The position numbers were made by a program, and so were the translations under genes. A model generated the notes under the pieces. That model had not been told where the DNA came from, did not search any database, and saw only the letters and a list, made by a program, of their open reading frames with translations. From Limnochordia bacterium (lineage in GTDB: Bacteria > Bacillota > Limnochordia > DTU080): a DNA stretch of 64,000 nucleotides. Positions 50,911-60,378 of the stretch are shown here, piece after piece; the first letter of the stretch is position 1; every line of letters begins with the position of its first letter. Location of the stretch: NCBI GenBank assembly GCA_050951545.1, contig JBMNJG010000004.1, positions 1-64,000 of the forward strand, written 5' to 3'.

Positions 50911-52161
50911 TTGGTGAAGCACAGATGTAGCTGGATCTTTGTGGTCATCATTTGGTTGGCGATAGCGCCGCTTGTGCTCGCGAAGCAGACACTGCAGATC
51001 ATGGTGCATGAGGGCGGCGACTATCTGGAGCGTACAAAACAGTTTTTCGATGAGTTCGACCGGAAAAACGCGGACATCGACGTAGAGATCGTGCCCGGTG
51101 CAGGGGGAACAACGCCGGAGGAAAAACTGGCCGTCATGGTGGCCGCGGGAGTGCCGCCTGATCTTGTGCGCACATGGAACGCTAAGCAGTTAGGCTCCTC
51201 AGGCCTGTTGGAGGACATCACGTCTCGCTTCCAAAGCTTGCCTTCGTCGGTACGCAACGACTTCTGGCCCAACCTGATACAGGACCTCAGCTATCAGGGC
51301 CGTCTCTACGCTTTGCCCCTGGGGACTGTCGTAACCATGTACTACTACAACAAGCAGCAGTTCGACGAACAGGGGGTCGCCTCACCCTCATCTGCTTGGA
51401 GTTGGGAAGGCGAGGGTACCAGCCAGCTCAAGAAGCTCAGCGTCGATCTGAATGGCGACGGAGTCATCGACAGATGGGGCTTGGGTCTCGTGAGCGGTAG
51501 TGAAGTCTATCCGTTCATATACGCCGCTGAGGGCGGACCATTGTTTAGCGAAGACGGGAAGAGGTTCCTGGCCAATACCGCCGCAACTCGTGATGCACTG
51601 CAGTTTCTGCAAGATTTGGCCCAGGTGCATCGGGCGATGCGTACAAGCGGAAGCTGGACCGACTTCGCTGAGCAGCGTGTCTCATCGCTGCTATGGGGGA
51701 GCTTCATGGCGGGCTATTTCCCGAAGTACGAAAATCTGGATTGGGATTTTGCTCTCATACCAACGTTCAAGGGAGGTCGTGCCGCCAACGTATGGGCAGA
51801 AACCCCGTATGGCATTTCGGTGGGGGCCAAAAGCCCGGATCTTGCCTGGCGTGCTTTGGAGTACATAGCCAGCGTTGAGGGCCAACAGCTATCAATTAAG
51901 CTGGGCTGGGCCATCCCTCCGGCCCGCAGAAGTGTTACGGTTGGGGCGTTCTTGCAGCACTTCCGCGGTAAGGACATTGACGCGGTGGCTCAGATGCTCT
52001 CTGCACCGCATAACCAGCCTTTGCCGCGTCAGACACCGGCGGCTGCTACCAATATGTTGCGAAACTCGGTCTTTACGCCTGTGATACTGGGGCAGAAGGC
52101 ACCTGGGCAGGCACTTGACGAAGTGGCTCCTACAATCTCGGCTATCCTCGAGGGCCAGTAG
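50911..52161 (+). CDS. Family-1 extracellular solute-binding protein
   Basis: GGAGGT RBS, signal peptide, AAGVPPD, LYALP, YYNK, DLNGDGVIDRWG, AWRALEY. Confidence 0.88.
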   Translation: MVKHRCSWIFVVIIWLAIAPLVLAKQTLQIMVHEGGDYLERTKQFFDEFDRKNADIDVEIVPGAGGTTPEEKLAVMVAAGVPPDLVRTWNAKQLGSSGLLEDITSRFQSLPSSVRNDFWPNLIQDLSYQGRLYALPLGTVVTMYYYNKQQFDEQGVASPSSAWSWEGEGTSQLKKLSVDLNGDGVIDRWGLGLVSGSEVYPFIYAAEGGPLFSEDGKRFLANTAATRDALQFLQDLAQVHRAMRTSGSWTDFAEQRVSSLLWGSFMAGYFPKYENLDWDFALIPTFKGGRAANVWAETPYGISVGAKSPDLAWRALEYIASVEGQQLSIKLGWAIPPARRSVTVGAFLQHFRGKDIDAVAQMLSAPHNQPLPRQTPAAATNMLRNSVFTPVILGQKAPGQALDEVAPTISAILEGQ

Positions 52162-52300
52162 CGGGGATTCTCACCTGCCCGAATCCATTGCATAACGATG
52201 TTCAATTAGTAAGCAACCACAGAGCACGAAGCAGAGGAAATAACCTATGCAATGGGTAAAGATGCCACTAGGGGCACTAGAACACGGGAGGCAGGCAGAT

Positions 52301-52807
52301 ATGCGCACGAGCAAGATCAGTCTGGTAACCTTCGTGTTGTTGGTACTGCTGGGTACGATGCTCAGCACTGTGGCAGGGGCGAAGACCAAGATCGTGATGT
52401 GGACACTGGCAGGCGCTAGCGAGACGTACAAGAAGATTCACGAGGCCTTGTTGCCAGGCTTTGGCAAGGCGTTTGGGGACGTTGACTTAGAGCTTCATTA
52501 CATCCCTGATTATGCCGAGAAGTACATTGTCGCCTATGCCGCTGGTACTGCACCTGACATCGTTACGCTACCTACACGTTATCAGGCGGAGTACATTGAG
52601 AAGAAAATGGTAGTCCCTATCGACTTAGCTGCGTTCAACGTCAAGAGTGAGGCCGAGTTGGCCAAGATGATGATGCCCGGTACTATGGAGACCCTTAGGT
52701 ATCGTGACAACCACATATACTTCATGGCTACAGAGATCAGCGTGTTTGGTCTGTTCTGCAACAATGATCTGATGGGTCAGTATGGTGTAGCCCGTTTTCC
52801 GCCTTAA
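52301..52807 (+). pseudogene. 3'-truncated solute-binding protein
   Basis: Signal peptide, AAGTAPD, LFCNNDL, then stop after about 168 aa next to IS sequence. Confidence 0.75.
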
Positions 52808-52989
52808 CGGTGTGCTGATCTGAGAGGTGGTATCGAGGATTAGGAAACGCGGAGCAAGTTTATTTTTCCAGGCGGCAGGAAGTCGAGGATAAGTCGCGAA
52901 GTTGTCAGAAAACTCCCGCACAGGGGTGGTTCGCCTTGTCTCGTTCGCGTCGATATAGCCCGCCGGAGCCGCCTCCGCGCTTTGCACGG

Positions 52990-53196
52990 AGACTCAACGC
53001 CATTGGCACTCGTATGAGGATTGTCAAAGAGATCGGTTCTCTCGTTCTCCTCAAGGCCATGGCCGAACGCATGAACATTCGTGGCCTGATTGATGCTCTC
53101 ATACCCATGGAGCGGGAAAGAGGTCTTACGCATGGGCAAGTATTTGAGGCCTGTGTGATCAACCGTTGCCACGCACCAGTCCCTCTTTATGAGATG
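52990..53196 (+). mobile_element. IS1634-like transposase N-terminal fragment, cut by the neighbouring IS
   Basis: IGSLVLLKAMAERMNIRGLIDALIP...GLTHGQVFEACVINRCHAPVPLYEM ends exactly at the inverted repeat at 53197. Confidence 0.6.
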
Positions 53197-55118
53197 GAGG
53201 GTTCACGGAAACTAATGACGGATGTCCCCTCAAGAGTACTAAAAACTGGTATGCGTGGTGAGTAGTGCCCTCCAATCGATCATGAATAGGCGTTGCTTGA
53301 TGCTTTTGGGGGAAATGACCTGATTTTGGGCGCGCTGAATCGGGCCTGATGATGACGTTTTTTCAGGCCTTCCGTAAAATATGACTGCTTTTTTAGGCGG
53401 CAATGGGCAGGATCTGGGTTACCTGCTCAAGAATGGATGCCGCGAAACCTTGTCCTTGCTCGGCTTGTTTGAACCAAGCGTTGAGGTGTTGAACCATGCC
53501 GGCCATGGCGATTTGAATGCAACGTCTGTGTTTGGAGCGAATGCGCGTATGCGCGATATTAAGGTCGGTCTTTTTTCGGCTGTTAGATCGTTCGGAGCCG
53601 GAGCGTTTAGCGTAAAGCTTTTTCCACTCGGCTGAGCCCCGGGGTGGTTGTGTAAAAAGTCTAGGATCATCCTCGGGTTTAGTATAGGTGGTGCGTCCGT
53701 AGGGGGAGTCTGTACAAGCACATTTGGGAGTGTGTTTACCCCTTTTTGCCAACGGGCAAACCCACTTAAAACGGTTGCGACTGGGACATGCGCCATCAAA
53801 GAGCATAGCTAAGCCCTCGGGGCAAATGGGGCGCCCCAGGGCATCGATGGTGATGTCCCCGCGCAACTGTTTTGCACCAAGAGAACGCTTGTTAATGTCA
53901 ATGATTGGTTGTGCACCATGACTAAGAACGTACTGGTAAATGGGCAGCGCATCATGGGCTGCATCGGCCAAGAAGTAAAGGAGTCTGAGCTCCGGATAGA
54001 GTTGAAAAAACTTGTCCAAAGCGACCAAACCGGATACGGCATCGTGGCGCTGGCAGGCAGCAAAAAGTATGTAGCAAGGTAGATCGTGTCCTCCACCCAC
54101 GGAGGTCAATTCGTAAGCGGCATAGCCATAGATATATCGGCCACGATAGGAATCCCAGCCCCAAGACGCGTGGGGATCTGGGAAAGTACGAGCACACTCA
54201 CAGCGGAATATGCCCTTTTTTCGGCAGTCACAGGTTTTGCGTCCTAAAGGATTAGCGCCGCTGGCATATTGGGATCCATCTCCGGAGATGGTAAGCTGTT
54301 GCGGATCGCCGAGCAGTCCCTGCTCGGCAGAGGGAAACACAAAGCACGCCTTTAGCACCTGATTAAGGATGTCTTCGGAATGACGAGCTGCCGAACGACC
54401 CTTGGTAAAACGTTCAGCCAAACGGGCCACGATACCTGGATGACGCGGTGGCTGCTTTTCTCCTTTCTTATATTTCTTGGTGGGTTTTCTACGTAACTTG
54501 CGTGGCTTTTTCCGCTGCTTACGCCGTTGCTGCCGATCCTCGTAATCCCAAAGACGATCGCAGAAATCACGCAGCGTAGATGCTCCCGGAATCTTTCCCG
54601 GTTCGAAGCCAGATAAAACGGCGTACAGCGGCACTTTTTTCATGGTTTGAACCCATTTGTCCGGACTCTCGCATTCTGTAGCGGTCATAAGCAGGAGCGA
54701 ACGGAATAAATCACAAGGATCCCAAGCGGGGCGGCCTTCATCTTGGGCATAAGTATGAAGAACCAAATCGTAGACCGGACTCAAATCGAGGCAAAGAAAA
54801 GCAACGATCCATTTTAGGTCGGAGACGAAAAACGTGCGGCCTATAGCGTTGAGCATGTGTAACCATTTGAACACAAACGACTTGTATTCGGCGTGAGATC
54901 GCGCGGGCAAAAGCATAACCAGCACCTCGGTGTATAGAGGTGAGGAAATTGAAAAAACATTTCCTCCCGCGCCGATTATGAAGGCGTTTGCCCAGAGTCA
55001 AGGGTCGAATGTCCCGAATGTTGAGGGTTTTTAGGGGTGAATTCTGGAGGGAGAAGGAAGAAAGGCATAGCGTCCTATTGCCCGTAGATTAGGGCCTATG
55101 GAGTTTCCGTGAACCATC
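53197..55118 (-). mobile_element. Complete IS element (IS4/IS5-like DDE superfamily), about 1.9 kb
   Basis: Terminal inverted repeats GAGGGTTCACGGAAACT (53197-53213) and AGTTTCCGTGAACCATC (55102-55118), 16/17 match. Confidence 0.85.
53393..54925 (-). CDS. DDE transposase
   Basis: GRPAWDP, PGASTLRDF, ISGDGS, ADAAHD, PICPEG, YAKRSGSERSNSRKK. Confidence 0.88.
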   Translation of the reverse strand: MLVMLLPARSHAEYKSFVFKWLHMLNAIGRTFFVSDLKWIVAFLCLDLSPVYDLVLHTYAQDEGRPAWDPCDLFRSLLLMTATECESPDKWVQTMKKVPLYAVLSGFEPGKIPGASTLRDFCDRLWDYEDRQQRRKQRKKPRKLRRKPTKKYKKGEKQPPRHPGIVARLAERFTKGRSAARHSEDILNQVLKACFVFPSAEQGLLGDPQQLTISGDGSQYASGANPLGRKTCDCRKKGIFRCECARTFPDPHASWGWDSYRGRYIYGYAAYELTSVGGGHDLPCYILFAACQRHDAVSGLVALDKFFQLYPELRLLYFLADAAHDALPIYQYVLSHGAQPIIDINKRSLGAKQLRGDITIDALGRPICPEGLAMLFDGACPSRNRFKWVCPLAKRGKHTPKCACTDSPYGRTTYTKPEDDPRLFTQPPRGSAEWKKLYAKRSGSERSNSRKKTDLNIAHTRIRSKHRRCIQIAMAGMVQHLNAWFKQAEQGQGFAASILEQVTQILPIAA

Positions 55119-55141
55119 TATTAGTACTCTGGAGGGACCTC

Positions 55142-55885
55142 ATGGCACTTTATGATAAGCCCGTGCGGTTACTAATGCATGATTTGATTGCAGACATTGG
55201 ACTACAGCAGGGGCAGGTCCTGACGAGGGAACGCGTCATGACCTGGTTTGCAGAGAAGTACCCGCTGGTAAAGAACTCGACTATATCCGCCCACCTCATC
55301 CGTATGTCTACCAATGCCCGTAGCAGGATGCACTATAGCGCTAAGGCCGGCGAGGACGACCTGCTTTTTCAGTTAGATGGGAGCCGTTTCCGCCTATTTG
55401 ATCCCGCAAGTGACCCCGCACCGATCTATGAAAAGCCGAACGTCTTAAGTCAACTGGATACCGAGCTCGAAGTTGAGTCGTCGATCCCTAGCGAATTTGC
55501 GTACGAGGCGGATCTTCGGGACTTCCTGGCAAAGAACCTGAATCTGGTAGAGGCTGGCCTGCACTTGTACCAAGACGAAGGGATTACTGGAGTGGAATTC
55601 CCTGCCGGTGGGCGGTTTATCGACATCTTAGCCGTGGATGCGGAGGCCAATCTTGTTGTAATTGAACTCAAGGTATCACGGGGATACGATCGTGTAGTCG
55701 GTCAACTCCTCCGTTACATGTCTTGGATCAGGAAGCATCAGGCCGACGAAGGGCAGGGCGTCCGAGGTATCATTGTGGCCCGTGAGCTGTCCGAAGACCT
55801 CCTCTTAGCCTGTACCGGCGTACCAGGCGTCGAGCTTTATGAATACGAGCTTCGCGTTCAGCTTCGTAGGATAAGCGAAGCCTAA
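55142..55885 (+). CDS. NucS/EndoMS-like PD-(D/E)xK endonuclease with N-terminal wHTH-like domain, cassette gene
   Basis: GGAGG RBS and ATG 55142; YEADLRDFL, RFIDILAVD, VVIELK, GQLLRYM, VRGIIVA; stop inside GCCTAAG. Confidence 0.85.
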   Translation: MALYDKPVRLLMHDLIADIGLQQGQVLTRERVMTWFAEKYPLVKNSTISAHLIRMSTNARSRMHYSAKAGEDDLLFQLDGSRFRLFDPASDPAPIYEKPNVLSQLDTELEVESSIPSEFAYEADLRDFLAKNLNLVEAGLHLYQDEGITGVEFPAGGRFIDILAVDAEANLVVIELKVSRGYDRVVGQLLRYMSWIRKHQADEGQGVRGIIVARELSEDLLLACTGVPGVELYEYELRVQLRRISEA

Positions 55886-55970
55886 GAAGCGTATCCAGCG
55901 GACGGGTGAAGGTGTGGGTGGTTCTCTCGATGGCAGTGCACGCCGCCGCTGACACGCAAAGACGTTAGAC
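55880..55970 (+). other. attC-like site (91 bp)
   Basis: GCCTAAG (one base from RYYYAAC) over the stop codon, GCGTATCCAGCGG pairing with CCGCTGACACGC, core GTTAGAC at 55964-55970. Confidence 0.8.
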
Positions 55971-55990
55971 CGGCAGGGGAGGTTGACATA

Positions 55991-56533
55991 ATGATTCGAG
56001 CCGAAGACCTTCAGGGGCTCAAGTCCACTGCCCCTGATTATGACGAGACCCAGCGACTGAAGTGGACTTTACACTTACTTCGCGAAACGCGCATCCCATT
56101 CTTTCTTGGGGCTGCCGACCTTGAGCCAATCTTTAAGTGGAAGCTTGGGAGCCAGTACGGACGTGGATTACGGCTAAGATCGATGAACTCAAATGCTGCC
56201 TATCGAATTGCTACCAGGGCGGCGTTTGAAGTGCAAGAGGCTGATTTCGACTATGAGATTGAGCTTCGCTTCGGATTTCTGACGTCTTTGCGGGGAGTAG
56301 GCGTTCCAGTTGCGTCGGCAATTCTGGCTCTCGCCGATCCCGCAAAGTACTGTGTGATTGATTTCCGAGGTTGGAGGGCGCTGTTTGGTGAGCGACGATC
56401 GTCGTTCGACATCGGGCATTACAAGCGATACCTTCGTCGGGTTCGGGAGCTGTCTGTTGAACTTGGCTGGTCACCTCAGGAGACTGACCTGGCAATCTGG
56501 GAATGGGACCGCCGGGTTAACGCTGCGGTTTAA
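55991..56533 (+). CDS. Helix-hairpin-helix DNA glycosylase-like hypothetical protein, cassette gene
   Basis: LTSLRGVGVPVASAIL HhH motif, then YCVIDFR and a terminal DLAIW; stop inside GTTTAAC. Confidence 0.6.
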   Translation: MIRAEDLQGLKSTAPDYDETQRLKWTLHLLRETRIPFFLGAADLEPIFKWKLGSQYGRGLRLRSMNSNAAYRIATRAAFEVQEADFDYEIELRFGFLTSLRGVGVPVASAILALADPAKYCVIDFRGWRALFGERRSSFDIGHYKRYLRRVRELSVELGWSPQETDLAIWEWDRRVNAAV

Positions 56534-56592
56534 CGGGCCTATCCAGCGGACGGAAGGGAGTAAGTGGTTCAGTTGAAGTCAGGGTGTGCCCG
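56528..56592 (+). other. Truncated attC-like site, left arm only
   Basis: GTTTAAC then TATCCAGCGGACGG, identical to 55892-55905; ends before L' and the core. Confidence 0.7.
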
Positions 56593-56873
56593 TAGCGGGT
56601 GCACCCTTTTCCGACAAGGCGCAGGAACCGGCGGCCGGCGACGGCTGGGAGCTGATCGACAGTGAAACACTGGGGGAGCGCGTTGTTTTAGCGAAAGACA
56701 GCGAAGCGGCGAAACGAGCGCCTAAAGGTTATGTCACCTATACCGCAAAGGAGATACGCCTTTTGGCAGGTTGTAGCCCTGAAGCCTTGCGGCAGGTACA
56801 CGCAGTGAAACGCCTTATATCCGGCGTGTTGGTGGAGGTTTTGACGAAAGAGGAGGCGACCGCAGGAAGCTGA
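56592..56873 (+). pseudogene. C-terminal fragment of a phage/satellite-type hypothetical protein
   Basis: SETLGERVVLAKD...YTAKEIRLLAG.SPEALRQVHAVKRL; begins at the break in the attC with no RBS. Confidence 0.4.
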
Positions 56874-57344
56874 CAGTCGGCGCATAGTAGACCGGACTTT
56901 TTGGACGCCCTAAAAGCGGAGCATCAAAGCGAAGCGACCCTCCCCCCCCTGATTGAGCGCCGGGGCGTTTCTGCTGGACCGAAGGCGGGCCCTCCAAAAA
57001 CCCCGGAAGGTTTTTCATACGCGAGGGGGGGTATTTGCGTGTAATTGTGTGCGACCGGGCCGGTGAGACACAACAGACGGCAATTTGATTTTCCGACCAG
57101 TACGCGCGAGGGGATCGGAGGATTCCACACCCCCCGGCATTGCAGAATATCGCGTCTGGATCACCTGACCCACGCCCCCAGCTTTTCACGCGTAAAACTC
57201 GTTTTATGATGCAACTACCAGGCCCCATATGGCCCAATTTTAGGGCGGGGTTACTCAGACAGGAACAAGGGTTTGTTCGCCAAACACTAGAGGGAAAGTA
57301 AGCATTCCTGAGAATTAGAGGAATCCGGAGGTGGATTTTTCACT

Positions 57345-57489
57345 ATGACAAGGAAGTTAGTTTCCGTCGTGCTGGGTATTTTGATTCTGTCGTCTGTTGC
57401 GATGGCCCAGGATAATGCAAAGATATCATTGTTAATCTCGGATCTAGATCGCAATGAGTCACACTTTATGTTGGGACTTGACATGATTG
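57345..57489 (+). pseudogene. Exported protein N-terminus interrupted by an IS256 derivative
   Basis: GGAGGT RBS, signal peptide MTRKLVSVVLGILILSSVAMA, runs into the IS end at 57490. Confidence 0.55.
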
Positions 57490-57944
57490 GGCCATGTCTT
57501 GTCAAGTGGTGTAATTACAAACTCCAACGCGTCGAGCAAAAACTAGACCGCTACGGCCTAAGCTGGTCCCTTCTGTGTCACAGGCTGATATAACTTGCTC
57601 ATGGATTGTTCACTAAAATACCTTTTACCTGTCATCCAGTCCTCGTGCTGCTCAAGCAGTATCGCCCCGGTAAGTCGTATCGTTGCCGGCCGATTAGGGA
57701 ATATGCCGACCACATCGATACGGCGCCGAATCTCGCGGTTAAGACGCTCCAGGGGATTCGTTGATCTAATCCGCCGCCAATGACTGGGCGGGAAATGCAT
57801 ATGGCTTAACAGGTCTACACGGTGGCTTTTCCTGCCAGGATAGCCTAAGGAAGCCTATTGACGAACGGGCGTTCGGTCACAGTCCCCCTAGGGGGACTGT
57901 CATTTAGCTCCCTCCGCTCTTACACCACTACTTAAGACTCTAAC
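57490..57944 (-). mobile_element. Internally deleted IS256-family element (about 455 bp)
   Basis: Transposase C-terminus HFPPSHWRRIRSTNPLERLNREIRRRIDVVGIFPN (57558-57800); both ends share GTCTTnnnnAGTGGTGTAA in inverted orientation. Confidence 0.8.
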
Positions 57945-58221
57945 TCCACCTCCAAGATTGTGTGAAGGCCACGCCTCCGACAAAAGAGGCTAAAACGTTA
58001 GGTAAGCCTCTGTTACCCCCAAGCAACGGATTGCGTTTCCCTTAGGCCCCCTCCCGTCATATTTATCAATCAATGGCCCTAACGAAACGTTAGTCACACA
58101 TTTATTGTTCCATGCCACCACGTGGTTACCTTCACAGCAATATGATCAACACCTTGCCCCTGGCTGGTCTAGAGGTGGACCGACAAATAGGTGGGCACGT
58201 CTCACGACGGTTATTTAAGAC

Positions 58222-58250
58222 TTGACATTTTTTGTGGACGTTCATATAAT
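58222..58250 (+). promoter_or_regulatory. Perfect consensus sigma-A/70 promoter
   Basis: TTGACA, 17 nt, TATAAT. Confidence 0.85.
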
Positions 58251-58316
58251 GGCAGCAGATGGAAGATGCCGGGCGCTTACATGCCCGGTATCCAAGCCAG
58301 AACGGAGGGCAAAACC

Positions 58317-59722
58317 ATGACAAGAAAAGTTGATCTTAATTCGGGAAACCCGGCACACGCGATTTCTGTTAAAGATGAAATCACCACCACGCTCATTGGG
58401 ATTGGTTGTCTATGGGTAGATTTTGATGTTTCTATAAGCAGGGGACGCCCCAAAGCCGATGCCGTCGGTTATGTTCCGGGAAGTGACGGCAAAAAAGCTG
58501 CTGCAGTGGTTAGGTTGTCGAAGGATCTAAAGGACGTTAAAGAACCCTTTACACAGGCCGACATCTTAGACGCGGGATATTTCGCCATCACTGATGGGAC
58601 ACGTTGGGCCTGGTACTGCCGCACGAACGGGAAATGGAACCCCCTTGACACCGCACCAGAGTTTTCCCCCGCTGAAGCGCCGCCTAAACCTGACCAAGTA
58701 CGGTCAATCCTATGGCGCTGCATAGATGAACTCCGCGGCATCACCGATAACCCCGAGCTGCATTTGATGCATTTGATTCGGGAAATGAACATGCATGGCT
58801 TCCAGCCCGCCGATGAATCGGAAACAACCTACGGCGCCTGGACGCGTGCCAATTTAAGTCAACATAATAAAACCCGCCTAAACAACGTCAAACGGGTGCT
58901 GCGGAAGGCTCAGCTGGATAAACTCCCCCCCGGGGATCTGTACGAGGCATTATTGAAACCACTGCGAAATAGCAGGCACTCCCTTGAGTCCCTGACGGAC
59001 CCCGATGTTGCGCTAGTTTTAGCGGAACTACTGGATAAGCTCACCCCCCGGAATGAGAACTTTTTAGATCCCGCAGTTGGAGCCGGAAGTGTACTGGCCG
59101 CCCTTTCAATTCGGCGCCCGGATATCTCCATGGTTGGAATCGATCGCGCATCCATTATCGGATTACCCGGTGAAATAATAGCCAGGGCTACCGGCACATC
59201 GGTCAGATTGTTCAAGGGCGATATCCTGGCCACTGATCCCAAAGCACTCGTGGGCGATATGCATCCGAACGGATTTTATACAATCTTTGTCCAGCCACCA
59301 ATAGGCCTGCGCTTGCCCACGGAAGAACTTGGTCGATGGTTCGAATTGGCACAAAATAGATCAACGGCTTTTTCTGAGTCCTTGTTTCTGGAAACCGCTT
59401 TATCGGCGCTTCGCCCAGGTGGTTACCTTGTCGCGCTTATGCCCACCTCCATCTTGTTTCGCCAATCAGATGCCCCGACGCGTCAATATCTGCTGCAAGA
59501 ATCCTATCCGGAACTGATAGCCGAATTCCCGTCGCTATTCTCGGCACCGGTGTTTCAAGCGCCCTTCTTGTCCTGAGAAAAAAAGGCCCCGAAATTACCC
59601 CCGGCTCCGAGGTTCTAATGGCCACGAGAGCGGACGATCCGAAAGACAATGCCATCCAAGCCCTACGTGAAGTAGTTGACGCCTTTCTGACCAACCTTGA
59701 ATCAACGAAAGAGGGGGCGTAA
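58317..59722 (+). pseudogene. HsdM-like N6-adenine methyltransferase with degenerate N-terminal restriction-like domain; frameshift near 59540
   Basis: YFAITDG, FLDPAVGAGS (motif I), QPPIG in place of NPPF, LRPGG; continues GTGVSSALLVLRKK in another frame to TAA 59720-59722. Confidence 0.7.
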
Positions 59723-59724
59723 CG

Positions 59725-60378
59725 GTGTCTATTTTTACGGTCCCGCTTGAACAGATTCTGCAAAGTGATACCAACCTAAGACCGGGATCTTTTTACGCCG
59801 ATAAGATCCGCCCTTCTTACGCGGCGCATACGCTTGGTCAAGTAGCCAAGATAGTGACTTCACCTGGAAGTACCGATGAACTTATTCAAAGGGGCCTCCC
59901 CTATGTAGACATATCCTCCATCGATGTAGAGGCGGGCTTATTGAAGGATCTGCATACCTTGGATTCTTCCGCCCCCCCGGCCCGCGCTCGTCATGTGGCC
60001 CAATCCGGTGATCTGCTTGTATCCATGGTACGGCCTGGACGTGGTGCTGTAGCCGTTGTCCCCTCCTCTTTAAAGCAACTGATCGTTTCCAACGCCGTAG
60101 CCGTTGTGCGCCCGCACCCTTCCGTCCCGGTTACCGCGCTATGGGCTTGGTTGCGCTCAGTGCAAATGCAAAACTGGTTCGGCGCCGTTGCCCCACAGGT
60201 TGTAATGCCGCGCATTTCGTTAGGTGACGTGCACCTCATTCCCGTCCCTAAGACCATACCATCGTCAATCAAAGCGCTAGATAAGGGCATTCGTGATTTG
60301 ATAAACGAACTGGCCACTATTGAACCTAAATCCCCATGGACCCTTTGCCATCACTTCCGCAAGGGACTTGCCGGGTAA
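59725..60378 (+). pseudogene. HsdS-like specificity subunit, one target-recognition domain, probably 3'-truncated
   Basis: YVDISSID, PARAR, GDLLVSMVRP, VSNAVAVVRP, MPRIS...IPVP; tail overlaps the antisense hsdR fragment. Confidence 0.7.

Noticed and set aside
50584-51009. Apparent overlap of the two divergent SBP ORFs (50797-51009)
   Set aside because: Artefact of longest-ORF calling; signal peptides and RBS place starts near 50583 and 50911
58078-58096. CCCTAAC...GTTAGTC as an attC
   Set aside because: Cores only about 5 nt apart with no L boxes; could be a recombinase-binding palindrome but unsupported
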